Positions 17,180 through 32,456 of a stretch of 64,000 nucleotides of DNA are shown in pieces (the stretch's first letter is position 1; every line of letters begins with the position of its first letter). The stretch is from a bacterium (GTDB taxonomy: Bacteria; UBA8248): the NCBI GenBank assembly GCA_022828125.1, contig JAJEJD010000015.1:55240-119239 (forward strand), given 5' to 3'. The notes beneath the pieces are model-generated. The model did not search any database, was not told the DNA's origin, and was given only the letters and a program-made list of their open reading frames with translations. Position numbers and translations under genes: made by a program.

Positions 17180-18064
17180 CTAGTCGAGGTCTCTGCCCAG
17201 AAGCTCGATGAAGCGCCTCACGCCGCCGTGGAGCGGCTTGTCGCGCCTGTGGATGAGGCCCAGCGGCCGGATGATGCGCTCGCCCTCGAAGGGCAGCACC
17301 GCCAGGGTGTTCATGGCTCGTTCATTATGAACGGCCGAACCGGGCAGAATGCTCACCCAGGTGTCGATGAAGAGCGCCTCCTTGATGCTCTCCACGTTGT
17401 CGAACTCCATCACGACGTCCACGCCGACGCCCGCCTTGCGCAAGACCCTGTCGATCGCGCTTCGGATGGCGAGATCGGCATCGAACGCCACGAACGGTTC
17501 GCCCGCGAGGTCGGGTAGTCTCACCGCATGGCGAAAGGCCAACTGATGCCCCGGATGCGAGACGAAGAACATGGGTTCCTCCTTGAAGGACACGACCCGG
17601 AGCGCCTTGTCTCTCGGGGGGTAGGAGAGGATTCCGATGTCCGCCGTATCGTCCAGAACGGATTGCACGACTTTCTCGGGGTGGAGGCATTCGAGCCGAA
17701 CCCGCGCCTGAGGATACAGGGAGCGGAACCGCTGCATGTAGGCGCCCATCTGGTGAAGGCCCACCGAGTAGATGGCCGCAACGCGCACTTGTCCGTGCAC
17801 CTCGCCGATGCCGTATGATATTTCCGTGCAGACCTGGTCGAATTCCCCCAGCATCTTTCGGCACGCCTCATAAAACCGGGCGCCTTCTTCGGTGATGCCG
17901 AAAGGCCGCTTGCTCCTGTCGAGCAACTCGACGCTCAAATCTCCCTCGAGCTGGCGAAGCGCCTGACTCGCCGCAGACTGGGTCACGCCGCTTTGAGCAG
18001 CTCCCTTGGAAAAACTCTTTTCCTGGATGATACGGCAATACAGCCTCAAGGATTCGATGTTCAT
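17180..18064 (-). CDS. LysR family regulator divergent from gltBD
   Basis: SFSKGA...TQSAASQALRQLE HTH plus LysR substrate domain. Confidence 0.95.
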   Translation of the reverse strand: MNIESLRLYCRIIQEKSFSKGAAQSGVTQSAASQALRQLEGDLSVELLDRSKRPFGITEEGARFYEACRKMLGEFDQVCTEISYGIGEVHGQVRVAAIYSVGLHQMGAYMQRFRSLYPQARVRLECLHPEKVVQSVLDDTADIGILSYPPRDKALRVVSFKEEPMFFVSHPGHQLAFRHAVRLPDLAGEPFVAFDADLAIRSAIDRVLRKAGVGVDVVMEFDNVESIKEALFIDTWVSILPGSAVHNERAMNTLAVLPFEGERIIRPLGLIHRRDKPLHGGVRRFIELLGRDLD

Positions 18065-18091
18065 GAGAAAAGGTTACAATATAAATAATCC

Positions 18092-18106
18092 TAATGCAAT
18101 ATATTA
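18092..18106. promoter_or_regulatory. Candidate LysR operator
   Basis: AT-rich palindrome TAAT-N7-ATTA between the divergent lysR and gltB genes. Confidence 0.35.
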
Positions 18107-18268
18107 AATATTTTAGTTTGTCTTATTTTTCAGCGCGTGCTATACTCGAAGTCCGTTTCATGGAAATCATCATGCGATGTCCATAAGACGCTCTCAGGAG
18201 TTCCCCGTGAAATGGGCAAACGGGGAGTTTTCCTGGAACTTCACTCGGAAAGAAAGTTTGGTGAAACA

Positions 18269-22817
<4,549 letters not shown>

Positions 22818-22825
<8 letters not shown>

Positions 22826-24269
22826 GCCGACGGGTTTTGTGGAATTCGGAAGGGAAGCGCCCAAGACGAGGCCCGTGGAAGAGCGCGTCCACGACTGGGA
22901 CGTCGTCTATCTCCCAACGCCGCACGAGACGCTTAAGCAACAAGGTGCGCGGTGTATGGACTGCGGCATTCCCTTCTGCCATGAGGGATGTCCGCTGGGA
23001 AACCTGATCCCCGACTGGAACGATCTGGTCTACCGGGATTTGTGGAAAGATGCCATCGACCGGCTCCACGCGACGAACAATTTTCCCGAGTTCACGGGCT
23101 GGCTCTGTCCTGCTCCGTGCGAGGATTCCTGCGTACTGACAATCAACGACTCCCCGGTGACGATCAAGGAGATCGAAAAATCTCTCATCGAGCACGCCTT
23201 CGAACAGGGCTGGGTGCAGCCGACAGCACCTGCGGTGCGCACCGGCAAGAAAGTCGCCGTCGTGGGTTCAGGGCCGGCGGGGCTGGCCGCGGCACAGCAA
23301 CTCAACTGGGCGGGCCATCAAGTCACCGTGTTCGAGCGCGACGACAAACTCGGCGGACTCATGCGCTACGGGATTCCGGACTTCAAGATGGACAAGACGT
23401 ATATCGACCGCCGTACGCAGCAGATGGAAGAAGAGGGCGTGGCGTTCCGCGTGAACGCGAACGTGGGCGTCGACCCCAAGGTCTCAGAACTCCAGGAAGA
23501 ATTCGACGCCATCGTGCTCGCCGCCGGCGCCCTGCTCCACAGGGATTTGCAGATTCCGGGCCGCGAGATGGACGGCATTCACTTCGGCATGCGCTACCTC
23601 ACCATGCAGAACCGGCGGCTTGCGGGAGAAGAGATACCGGATGAGGAATTTATTACCGCGAAGGACAAGCACGTGGTCGTTATCGGCGGCGGCGATACGG
23701 GTGCGGACTGCGTGGGCACCGCGCACAGGCAGGGGGCGAAATCTGTCCGGCAGTTCCAGTACCACCCGCGTCCGCCGGACAAGCGGGATCCGCTGAACGA
23801 CCCCTGGCCGAACTACGCGAACATCTTTCGCACCGCGCCCATGTATGAAGAAGGCGGGGAGCGCATCTTCCAGATTCAGACCCGCCGGTTCCTGGGCGAA
23901 AACGGCCGCGTCAAGAAAATCGACACCGTGAAGGTGAACGAATCCCACGACGAGGACGGGAGGGTCGTCTTCACGGAGATCCCCGGCACGGAAGAGGAAA
24001 TCGATGCGGATCTCGTGCTCCTGGCGATCGGCTTCCAGGGACCAGACTGCCACCCGCTGCTCGATGAGCTGGCCCTCGAACGCACCGGTCGCGGCGCGGT
24101 GAGCCGCGATGACAAGTGGATGACGAGCGCGCCCGGCGTCTTCGTGGCGGGCGACATGATGCGGGGCGCCTCCCTGGTTGTCTGGGCAATAGCGGACGGC
24201 CGCTCCTGCGCGCGCGCCGTGGATGAATACCTGATGGGAGAATCCCAACTCCCCGCCCCCCTGGATTAG
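22818..24269 (+). CDS. gltD: Glutamate synthase small subunit
   Basis: [29 protein letters not shown]. Confidence 0.97.
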
Positions 24270-24322
24270 GGGTGCTGACGGTATCCTCTTTGACTCCCAT
24301 ACATCAGACAGGCTCTTCACGA

Positions 24323-24359
24323 AACAAGCCCGGTAAAGCGCGCCTTTACCGGGCTTGTT
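24323..24359. terminator. Bidirectional hairpin terminator
   Basis: aacaagcccggtaaag-cgcgc-ctttaccgggcttgtt between convergent genes. Confidence 0.7.
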
Positions 24360-24408
24360 GATGCAATCGATCTGTTGCTGCGAAACCGTCGTCTCAAAGC
24401 GAAACGCC

Positions 24409-25422
24409 CTAGTTCCCCAGCGCCTTGTTCTTGATGGGCCGTATATCGAAAACCTCAGGCTTGTTCGTGTCCACCATCACCTTCACGGCGTGCATCTGCT
24501 TGGCGCCGAAGACCTGAAGCGCTACGACGTTCGGCGCTTTTTCCGGGAAAGGGCGCGTGGCCTTGTATTTGTGGCTGTCGCCATAGATCAGCAGAACCGG
24601 CTTTTTGAACGCGGCGGCCGCTTTGATCAGCGCATCGCCGAACCTCTTGAATCCCGATGCGCCCGAGAACGCCTCTTTTTTCGCTCTGAAGAACCCCGTC
24701 GTGAACATGTCGGCGTGAATCGCGAGAACCAGCGCCTTGGCCTTGGCGGCGACGGCCCCCTCGAAGCCCGCGTTCAGCCAGGCGACGTTCGCCTCATCGC
24801 GCGCAAAGAACTCCGCGATGGCACGCCTGTCTCGCACCTGAAAATTATTGTTCGAACCCACGACGTGCGCCGTGATGAAATGGACGCCCTCTTTCACGAA
24901 GCGCGTGTTCTCGGGATAACCGGTGAATTCCCTCATCATGTCGGATTGGCGTTCGAGCTTCATGGGAGCCCTGCCGAGTGATTGCGGGCCGCGGGAGAAA
25001 TAGTGCTTCCGCAAAAAGGCGAGCCTCTCGATGGGATCGAAGCGGCCTGCTGTCCAGCGGTGGCAATCCGTCCATTCGTTGTCGCCGGGCGTGTAGACGA
25101 GAGGGGCGTCGAAGGAATTCATGAAATCGAGTTGGTCGAGGAGCATCCTGTCCGAGCAGGGCGTGGAGCCCGATTTGGTGTCTCCGACATGGATCGTGAA
25201 AGCAGGCTTGAGCGCGTTGATTTGGCCGATCAGCGCCTTGAACGGCGGGTAGACCTTCGCGGGCTCCCCGTAAGGCATGTCGCCCAGGGCCACGAAGGTG
25301 AAGGGCTTATCCGCCGAGGCTGCGCCCGCCGTCAGCACGAACAGCGCGGTCGCGCCGAACAGTGCGCCCAAACATTTGCGCAAGAACGAAGCGGAATTAC
25401 TCATCGGACCCATCCCATCCAT
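24409..25422 (-). CDS. Secreted metallophosphoesterase
   Basis: GDMPY, HVGD, TPGDNEWTDC, GDSH motifs; signal peptide. Confidence 0.85.
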   Translation of the reverse strand: MDGMGPMSNSASFLRKCLGALFGATALFVLTAGAASADKPFTFVALGDMPYGEPAKVYPPFKALIGQINALKPAFTIHVGDTKSGSTPCSDRMLLDQLDFMNSFDAPLVYTPGDNEWTDCHRWTAGRFDPIERLAFLRKHYFSRGPQSLGRAPMKLERQSDMMREFTGYPENTRFVKEGVHFITAHVVGSNNNFQVRDRRAIAEFFARDEANVAWLNAGFEGAVAAKAKALVLAIHADMFTTGFFRAKKEAFSGASGFKRFGDALIKAAAAFKKPVLLIYGDSHKYKATRPFPEKAPNVVALQVFGAKQMHAVKVMVDTNKPEVFDIRPIKNKALGN

Positions 25423-25622
25423 CTCCTAAGGATTGCAAGAAAAGATCGGCATCTCCCGATACAAAAGGAGACGTCTGCCAATAACTGGAAAAACATCCAT
25501 GCCGAAGCCCGCCAGAAGACGCAATATAGAAAAAATTTCCAGGAGAGATGTTACAAACAGGTGGCGATTCCATGATTTTTCGCTAAACCGAGGTTGGAAA
25601 AATAATGCACAGCGCCCGGAAC

Positions 25623-26510
25623 CTACCTGCGCCAGCCCATTCTGTCCGCGATTCGCAGGATGATGTCCGAGCGGTTGAGGGCGTAGACGTGAAAATGGTT
25701 GACGCCCAGTTCCATCAACTCCCAAATCTGGAGCGCCGCCAGATCGGCCGAGCTTTCCTGAAAGGCCTCGGGGTCATTCTCGTAGGGCGCCAACGCATCG
25801 ACGACGCTCTTGGGCACGCTCGCCCCGCATTTTTCCGCAAAACGCTGCACCTGGCCCAGGTCGCGCACGGGCAGGATGCCCGGCGACACGGGAACCGGGA
25901 CGCCCCGAATCGCCGTCCGCTCCCTGAACCGCTCCCAGACGTGCGCCTCGAAGAAGAACTGCGAAATCGCGTAGCTGGCCCCTTCGTCGACCTTGCGGAG
26001 GAAGTGATCCATATCCGCATTCTTGTCGGGCGTTTCGGGGTGGCCCTCGGGGTAGCAGGCCACGCCGATGGAGTGGAGCCAGTCGAAGTTACAGAGCCAC
26101 CGCACGAGGTCGGCGGCGTAGCGGAACCCGCCGGCCACGGCCTCATCGCGCGTCATGCCTTCCGGGATGTCGCCACGCAGCGCCAGGATGTCGCACACCC
26201 GGTTATCCCCATAAACGTCCAGCAGGCGCTTGAGTTCCGTTTCGTTCGCGCCCACGCAGGTGAGGTGCGCCACGACGCGACGCGGATAGCGCCTCGCCAG
26301 CTCCAGCACCAACTCGAGCGTGCCCTCCTGCGTGGAGCCGCCCGCCCCGTAGGTCACCGAGATGAAGGCGACGTCCATCGCGTCGTGAATCGCCTCCACC
26401 TCGCGCAGGGTGCGCTCTACCGCCTTGCGCCCCTTGGGCGGATAGAGCTCGATGGATATGCTCACTCCATCGGAGACGATGCCATCGATGACGGCGGACA
26501 ACCCGTTCAT
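25623..26510 (-). CDS. metF: 5,10-methylenetetrahydrofolate reductase
   Basis: SIELYPPK, SVTYGAGG, AHLTC, LALRGD, YPEGHP, SQFFF. Confidence 0.95.
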   Translation of the reverse strand: MNGLSAVIDGIVSDGVSISIELYPPKGRKAVERTLREVEAIHDAMDVAFISVTYGAGGSTQEGTLELVLELARRYPRRVVAHLTCVGANETELKRLLDVYGDNRVCDILALRGDIPEGMTRDEAVAGGFRYAADLVRWLCNFDWLHSIGVACYPEGHPETPDKNADMDHFLRKVDEGASYAISQFFFEAHVWERFRERTAIRGVPVPVSPGILPVRDLGQVQRFAEKCGASVPKSVVDALAPYENDPEAFQESSADLAALQIWELMELGVNHFHVYALNRSDIILRIADRMGWRR

Positions 26511-26616
26511 CCCTTCCCTCCTCCTTCAGGCGGACGCCGCCAGTATGCGAGGCGCAAAAAAACGGGCGCGGGGCATGTCCACCCCGCGCCCAGGAACATC
26601 AGGTGCAAAGACCGGC

Positions 26617-27081
26617 CTAGCCCAGACCCTCGATTGCCGCGAAGAGCTTATCGTCGTCGGGCTTCTCGGGCGGAGCGGACGTCACCTCCATGTAGGCGAC
26701 GTTCCCGTCCTTGTTGACGAGTACCACCGCGCGGTTGCTGAAACCCTTGTCGTTCAAGAGTCCATAGGCCGCGCACGTTCCCTTGCCGAAGAAATCGCTC
26801 AGCAGCGGGAACTCGATGCCGTACTTCTCGGCCCAGGCGGCGTGCGCGAACGGGCTGTCCACGCTGATGCCGATGACCTCGCAGTCCGCATTGTCGAACT
26901 TCGCCTTCTCCGCCTGATAGGCGGGCAACTGCTCGCTGCACACGGAGGAGAAATCGAACGGGTAGAAGCAAAGCAGGACGTTCTTCTTGCCCCGGTAATC
27001 GCTCAACTTGATCGTGTCGCCCTCGGCGAGGGTTCTCGGCAGCTCGAAGTCGGGAGCCGCATCACCTACGCTCAGTGCCAT
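26617..27081 (-). CDS. Peroxiredoxin (AhpE/BCP-like)
   Basis: [33 protein letters not shown]. Confidence 0.92.
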   Translation of the reverse strand: MALSVGDAAPDFELPRTLAEGDTIKLSDYRGKKNVLLCFYPFDFSSVCSEQLPAYQAEKAKFDNADCEVIGISVDSPFAHAAWAEKYGIEFPLLSDFFGKGTCAAYGLLNDKGFSNRAVVLVNKDGNVAYMEVTSAPPEKPDDDKLFAAIEGLG

Positions 27082-27093
27082 GAGACAACCCTC

Positions 27094-27681
<588 letters not shown>

Positions 27682-27928
27682 TTCGTTTTCTCCTTGATGG
27701 GAATGGAATGTTCCGATTCAGGTGGTAATAATCAAACAGCCGGGGCCGCGGCCCCGAAAAATTATCCAAAACCGCCGGATCGCGTGAACGGCGATAAGAG
27801 ACGCTGCGGATGAGTTTTCCGTTTTGTGTAAATTTTATCTCTGCCCCGATTCACAAGCGCGCGTATTCTACTTTCAGGGGTCGCTTCGCGTCAAACCTCA
27901 TCCTGGGCGGGCACAGCCCGTAATCTGG

Positions 27929-28828
27929 CTATTCAGGCGCGTCCATCTTCTGGATCTCGTCGAAATCGCGGTAGAGAAGCGTCAGGTCCTCCTCGATCAT
28001 CCCCCGCTCGACGGCTTTTTTCAAAAACGAGAGCGTATCCTCGGCCAACTGGATGTCGGCGCCTCGCTTTCGCCCGATTCCGACGGCGAGGCCTACGTCT
28101 TTTTGCAGGTTGTAGATGCGGGCCTGCCCGTTCCACGTGCCCGAGAGGATGTTGTTCGGAAAACGGTGGCGGCTCGCGTAGCTGTAGGCCGTCGACGCGT
28201 TGAAGATGTCGATCATGTCCTCGACCCGCATCCCGAGGCGTTCGACCAAGCGCGCTCCCTCGCACGTCGCTAGGAACATCGTGTGGAGCACCATGTTGTG
28301 GATGAGCTTCATGGTGTGGCCCGAACCCAGCGCGCCCAGATGGAAGACGTGATCCACGAAGGGTTTCAGGTATCGCCTCGTGCGCTTGAGGAGCGCCTCG
28401 TCCCCTCCGATCATCAAGGTCAGCCTGCCCTCCAGGATGTTGCCGGGCCCGCCGCTCATGCCGGCGTCGAGATAGCCCAGCCCCGCGCGCTCGGCGCGCT
28501 TCGCGAGGCGCTTGGTCTTCGCCGGATCGGACGTCGTGAGGTCGTAGACGACGAGGCCTTTTCCCGGGTTCTTGAGCAGGCCGTCTTTCCCCCGGAAACA
28601 CGCGGCTATCTCGTCCGATGAAGGCACGACGAAGAAGACGACCGCGCAGGATTCCCCTATCTCGCGCGGCGTGGCGATGGCTACGCCCTCGGCTCCCTCG
28701 AAGGGCTTCCGCCTTGCCTCTGAAACGTCCCAGACCATCAGGGGCATCTTCGCCCCGATAAACCGCTGCGCCACGGGATTCCCCATGCGGCCCAAGCCAA
28801 TGACGCCCACGCCCTTTCGTTTCGCCAT
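27929..28828 (-). CDS. 3-hydroxyisobutyrate dehydrogenase-family oxidoreductase
   Basis: GLGRMG, DAGMSGG, GSGHTMKLIHN. Confidence 0.9.
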   Translation of the reverse strand: MAKRKGVGVIGLGRMGNPVAQRFIGAKMPLMVWDVSEARRKPFEGAEGVAIATPREIGESCAVVFFVVPSSDEIAACFRGKDGLLKNPGKGLVVYDLTTSDPAKTKRLAKRAERAGLGYLDAGMSGGPGNILEGRLTLMIGGDEALLKRTRRYLKPFVDHVFHLGALGSGHTMKLIHNMVLHTMFLATCEGARLVERLGMRVEDMIDIFNASTAYSYASRHRFPNNILSGTWNGQARIYNLQKDVGLAVGIGRKRGADIQLAEDTLSFLKKAVERGMIEEDLTLLYRDFDEIQKMDAPE

Positions 28829-28866
28829 GAAACACCTCGGATGGATGAACCGGAAATGAATTCTAT

Positions 28867-28943
28867 TGGAGCCGACGACCGGACTTGAACCGGTGACCTG
28901 CTGATTACGAATCAGCTGCTCTACCTGTCTGAGCTACGTCGGC
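28867..28943 (-). tRNA. tRNA-Thr (CGT)
   Basis: GCCGACGTAGCTCAG...CTGATTCGTAATCAG...GGTTCAAGTCC...GTCGGCTCCA cloverleaf with encoded CCA. Confidence 0.96.
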
Positions 28944-29123
28944 TGAAAGGAGTATGCAACCCTGGTGAGGCTCGCGTTCCCCATGAGGGTGGTATTGAAC
29001 ACACCGCCCCCGCCTTCGTCAAGCCAACGGCGGCGCGAGGAGCCGAATTCCGCCTTTCACCGTTCCCGGTTTCATCGGACGGCTTGACTTACGAGCCGAC
29101 GCGTCGTAAATCTCTTTTCTCTT

Positions 29124-29196
<73 letters not shown>

Positions 29197-29354
29197 CTAC
29201 AAACCACCCCGAATCCGTTCGGGTTTCATACTATTTCTCACAGGAACGCCCGGACTACGTCTCGTGCGGGAATGCGGCCCGCCCCCGGAGGGGGCCGGTT
29301 CGCGCGCCGGGTAACCCACGGCCTGCTCCCAGATCACCAATATGGAGATCGAAC

Positions 29355-29738
29355 ATGGACGACGCCGAGAAGAAGGCCCTGATCGGGAAGACCGTCGCCG
29401 ATCGCGGCTGGGTGCTGCCCGAGCAGGAGTTCTACATCGAAAAGGATCCCGAATACCACGTACGCCAAAGCGCGCTCTATAACCACGTCATCAAGCGCGA
29501 GGGCGCGCTCTCTGAAAAGATGCGCGAGCTCATCATCATCACCGCCCTTTGCGTGCGCCTGCCGGGCACGGAGGTGGAAACCTACGTCAAGAACCACATG
29601 CGCCGCGCGATGGACCTGGGCGCCACCGAGGATGAGATATTCGAGGCCGTGCAGTGCCTCATTTTTCCAGCCGGCGGCCCCTCGCTGATGATGGGCATCA
29701 AGTGCCTCCGCGCCGTCCTGGAGGAACGGAAGGCTTAA
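29355..29738 (+). CDS. Carboxymuconolactone decarboxylase (CMD) family protein
   Basis: LSEKMRELII...HMRRAMDLGATEDEIFE...GGP. Confidence 0.85.
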   Translation: MDDAEKKALIGKTVADRGWVLPEQEFYIEKDPEYHVRQSALYNHVIKREGALSEKMRELIIITALCVRLPGTEVETYVKNHMRRAMDLGATEDEIFEAVQCLIFPAGGPSLMMGIKCLRAVLEERKA

Positions 29739-29770
29739 TATCCATTTTTCGATATCCCTGGGGAGGCAAC

Positions 29771-30508
29771 ATGGACAGAAGCATCTGGGCGGCCTGGTAC
29801 GATCTGCCGAAAGAAGACGAGGCCGAATACAACGAGTGGCTCCACCACACCCACATCAAGGACGCGCTCAAGCGCCCCGGCTACATGTGGGCGGCCCACT
29901 ATGAACTCGTGGACCGCGAATCGCCCAAATCGAAGAAAAAAGACCATCTCGCCTACACGGACGACCCCTCGATTCCAAACGGCACGGAGTTTCTGCTGCT
30001 CTTCGGGGGCACGAGTGCCGAGGTGTTCCTGAGTCCCAACCCCGCGCAGCTTGCAGAGACCTATTCCGACGAGACGAAGGCGATGATCGCCAAGCGAATC
30101 GGCGAGCGCACCGGTATCTTCACCGAGGTGGACCGGGTGAACGGCCCCGCCGCCGCCACCCGCGCTCTCGGCGGCGTGCCCGCGCCAATCGTCCAGATGG
30201 GAACCTTCAACTGCTTCACGCCGGAAGATGATTTCGACTTGAGTTCGTGGTACGCGCAGGACCGCCTGCCCGCGATGAAGTACATGCGCGGCTGCGTGGG
30301 CACCCGCAAGCTGGTCTCCGTGGCGGGATGGGCGAAGCACTCCATCTTCTATGAGTTCGCCTCGCTGGAGATGGTTCTCGAACACTTCCCGCGCGCGGAC
30401 AAGCTCTTCCCCGGCGAAAACGACTGGTCGTACCACGTATGCCAGCGCCTGCTCCACGCCCCCGGCTCGCCCACGCGCGGCAAGCGCATCTGGCCGCCGG
30501 TCGAATAA
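29771..30508 (+). CDS. Hypothetical protein with tandem EthD/DABB-like domains
   Basis: Two repeats: EYNEWLHHTHI...PGY and SWYAQDRLP...GC. Confidence 0.7.
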   Translation: MDRSIWAAWYDLPKEDEAEYNEWLHHTHIKDALKRPGYMWAAHYELVDRESPKSKKKDHLAYTDDPSIPNGTEFLLLFGGTSAEVFLSPNPAQLAETYSDETKAMIAKRIGERTGIFTEVDRVNGPAAATRALGGVPAPIVQMGTFNCFTPEDDFDLSSWYAQDRLPAMKYMRGCVGTRKLVSVAGWAKHSIFYEFASLEMVLEHFPRADKLFPGENDWSYHVCQRLLHAPGSPTRGKRIWPPVE

Positions 30509-30524
30509 AGCGGAGGACGCGCGC

Positions 30525-31208
30525 ATGAACTACATGAAACCTATCCGGGTCGACGAGGCCGAAGGCGAAGCCGCGAAACTATTCGAGGGCGTGACGAAGA
30601 TGCTCGGCCGCGTGGCGAATTCCTTCGCCGTCATGGCCTATCAGCCCCACGTCGCCAAGGTCATCCTGCCGCTCACCGTCACCCTCATGCGCGAGGGGCT
30701 GGGCACGGTGCTGCCCACCAGGATCAAGGAGATCGCCGTCATCAAGACGAGCCACCTGAACGGGTGCGACTACTGACTCGGGCACAACACGGCGCTCGGT
30801 CGAGACGCCGGGGTGACGGAAGAGCAGGTGCAGGAAATCTGCTCGGACGCCTATATGGATTCCGAGACGATGACCCCGAGGGAGAAGGCCGCCGTCCTGT
30901 GGGCGGAGCACGTGACGCTGAACACCGCCAAGACGCGCGACGACGTGTTCTGCGAAGTGCGGCGCCACTTCGATGACCGCGAATTCGTCGAACTCACGAT
31001 GGTCATCACCTATTTCAACATGAGAAACCGCTTCCAGGACGCCCTGCGCATTCCGCTGGATGAGCCGAAAACGATATCCGGCATCACCATCGGACGCAGG
31101 CAGGACCCCGAGAATCTGAAAGCCTATCTCGCGGAGGTGGTGGCGGGGTGGCCCGAGAGTTTCCCAGGGCCAGGGGATGAAGATGATGAAAAACCTTCGA
31201 TTTCGTGA
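30525..31208 (+). CDS. AhpD/CMD-family selenoprotein (CxxU; TGA at 30774 read as Sec)
   Basis: SHLNGCDY*LGH aligns with the AhpD CxxCxxH motif; the frame continues as an AhpD-like C-terminal half; hairpin just downstream. Confidence 0.85.
30790..30810 (+). promoter_or_regulatory. Bacterial SECIS-like hairpin
   Basis: CGGCG-CTC-GGTC-GAG-A-CGCCG; G-starting loop 21 nt after the UGA. Confidence 0.7.
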
Positions 31209-31260
31209 TTCGGCATGTAGAACCTGCCGGGGAGGCAGGAAACTACGCTCCCCCCTTGAG

Positions 31261-31548
31261 GGGGTTGTTGGCAAAGGCCCCCCTGAAAGGGGATTGGGGA
31301 GTTCACGGCAAGGAGGGACGAGGGGTTCGGAGAGAATCATGCTTCACTCACTCTCCCATAGCTTAAAAAGCAACCCCCCCTACCCCCCCTTGTCAGGGGG
31401 GTAAGAAAAAGCAAAGCCCCCTCAGTCCGGCGGGGACGCATCGCCTTTTTATACCCCCCTGACAAGGGGGGGTAGGGGGGGTTGCCTTTATGGGGTTTCC
31501 CTTTCAAGGGAGTTGCCATTACCCTCTGTGGACTTTTTCAACAGCCCC
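31261..31548. mobile_element. MITE-like element (shared ends, C/G-tract core)
   Basis: ggggttgttggcaaagg ... gactttttcaacagcccc; core homologous to 11384-11664. Confidence 0.75.
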
Positions 31549-31579
31549 GGAATAAAGAGAAATCAGGAGGCCGTCAGCC

Positions 31580-32023
31580 ATGAACGAAAAACCCGATTTC
31601 GTATGGGAGAATCTGGAAGTCGGCATGACGATCGGCGAGCGCAGCCTCACGGTGACGCAGGCGATGGTGGACGCGCACTGCGACGCCGTGGGCGCAAAGC
31701 GGGAGTGGTACCAGGGGGATTCCCCCGCGGGCGGGGCCATCGCGCCGCCCATGATATTCATCAACGACCTGCTCGCCATCTATGATGCGAACTACAAGCG
31801 CTTCGGCACCATCCACGCCAAGCTCGGCTACCGCTTCCACAGGCCGGTGCGCGTCGGCGAGACGGTGCATCAGAAAGTCACGGTGACCGACCTGTACGTC
31901 AAGCGCGAGAAGGGCTGGATCGTGAGCGAGTTCGCCGTCACGAACGAGGCGGGGGAGTTGCTGCTCACCTCCTCGCACACTTCCGTCCTGAGCCTCACGA
32001 GAAGGCATGAAAAAGATGACTGA
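31580..32023 (+). CDS. MaoC-like hot-dog fold protein
   Basis: IAPP...IHAK..YRFHRPVRVGE. Confidence 0.85.
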   Translation: MNEKPDFVWENLEVGMTIGERSLTVTQAMVDAHCDAVGAKREWYQGDSPAGGAIAPPMIFINDLLAIYDANYKRFGTIHAKLGYRFHRPVRVGETVHQKVTVTDLYVKREKGWIVSEFAVTNEAGELLLTSSHTSVLSLTRRHEKDD

Positions 32024-32447
32024 TACGCTGCTCGAAAACCTGGAGCCGGGAGACGCCCTCCCCGAGCGGACGCACGAGGTGGACTGGGAGGACATCCTCA
32101 AGTTCAACCGCTACGTCACAGGCGGCGTGGATACGAAGAACATCCACACGGACGATGAAGTGGCGCGGAAAGCGGGCCTGCCCCGGGCGGTGGCGACGGG
32201 CCGCCACCCGGTCTCGTTCATCACGGAACTCATGGTCGATCACTTAGGCTTCGGCTTCATCACGGGCGGTGAGATCGATGTATCCTTCGTCAAGCCCATA
32301 TTCCCGGGCGACGTTCTGACGCTTCAGGCTGTGCTCAAGGAGAAAACACTCGACCAAGGCGCCACACATTATCTCTTCGACGTATCGCTCACGAACCAGG
32401 AAGGCGCAGCCGTAACGGTCGGCACTGCCGGCGCCCGACTCGCCTAA
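32007..32447 (+). CDS. MaoC family dehydratase
   Basis: NIHTDDEVARKAGLP..VATG; FVKPIFPGD. Confidence 0.88.
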   Translation: MKKMTDTLLENLEPGDALPERTHEVDWEDILKFNRYVTGGVDTKNIHTDDEVARKAGLPRAVATGRHPVSFITELMVDHLGFGFITGGEIDVSFVKPIFPGDVLTLQAVLKEKTLDQGATHYLFDVSLTNQEGAAVTVGTAGARLA

Positions 32448-32456
32448 GTCCCACGC

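Noticed and set aside
30774-30776. Nonsense pseudogene
   Set aside because: The TGA falls exactly on a conserved redox Cys and is followed by a SECIS-like hairpin, so selenocysteine is the better reading.
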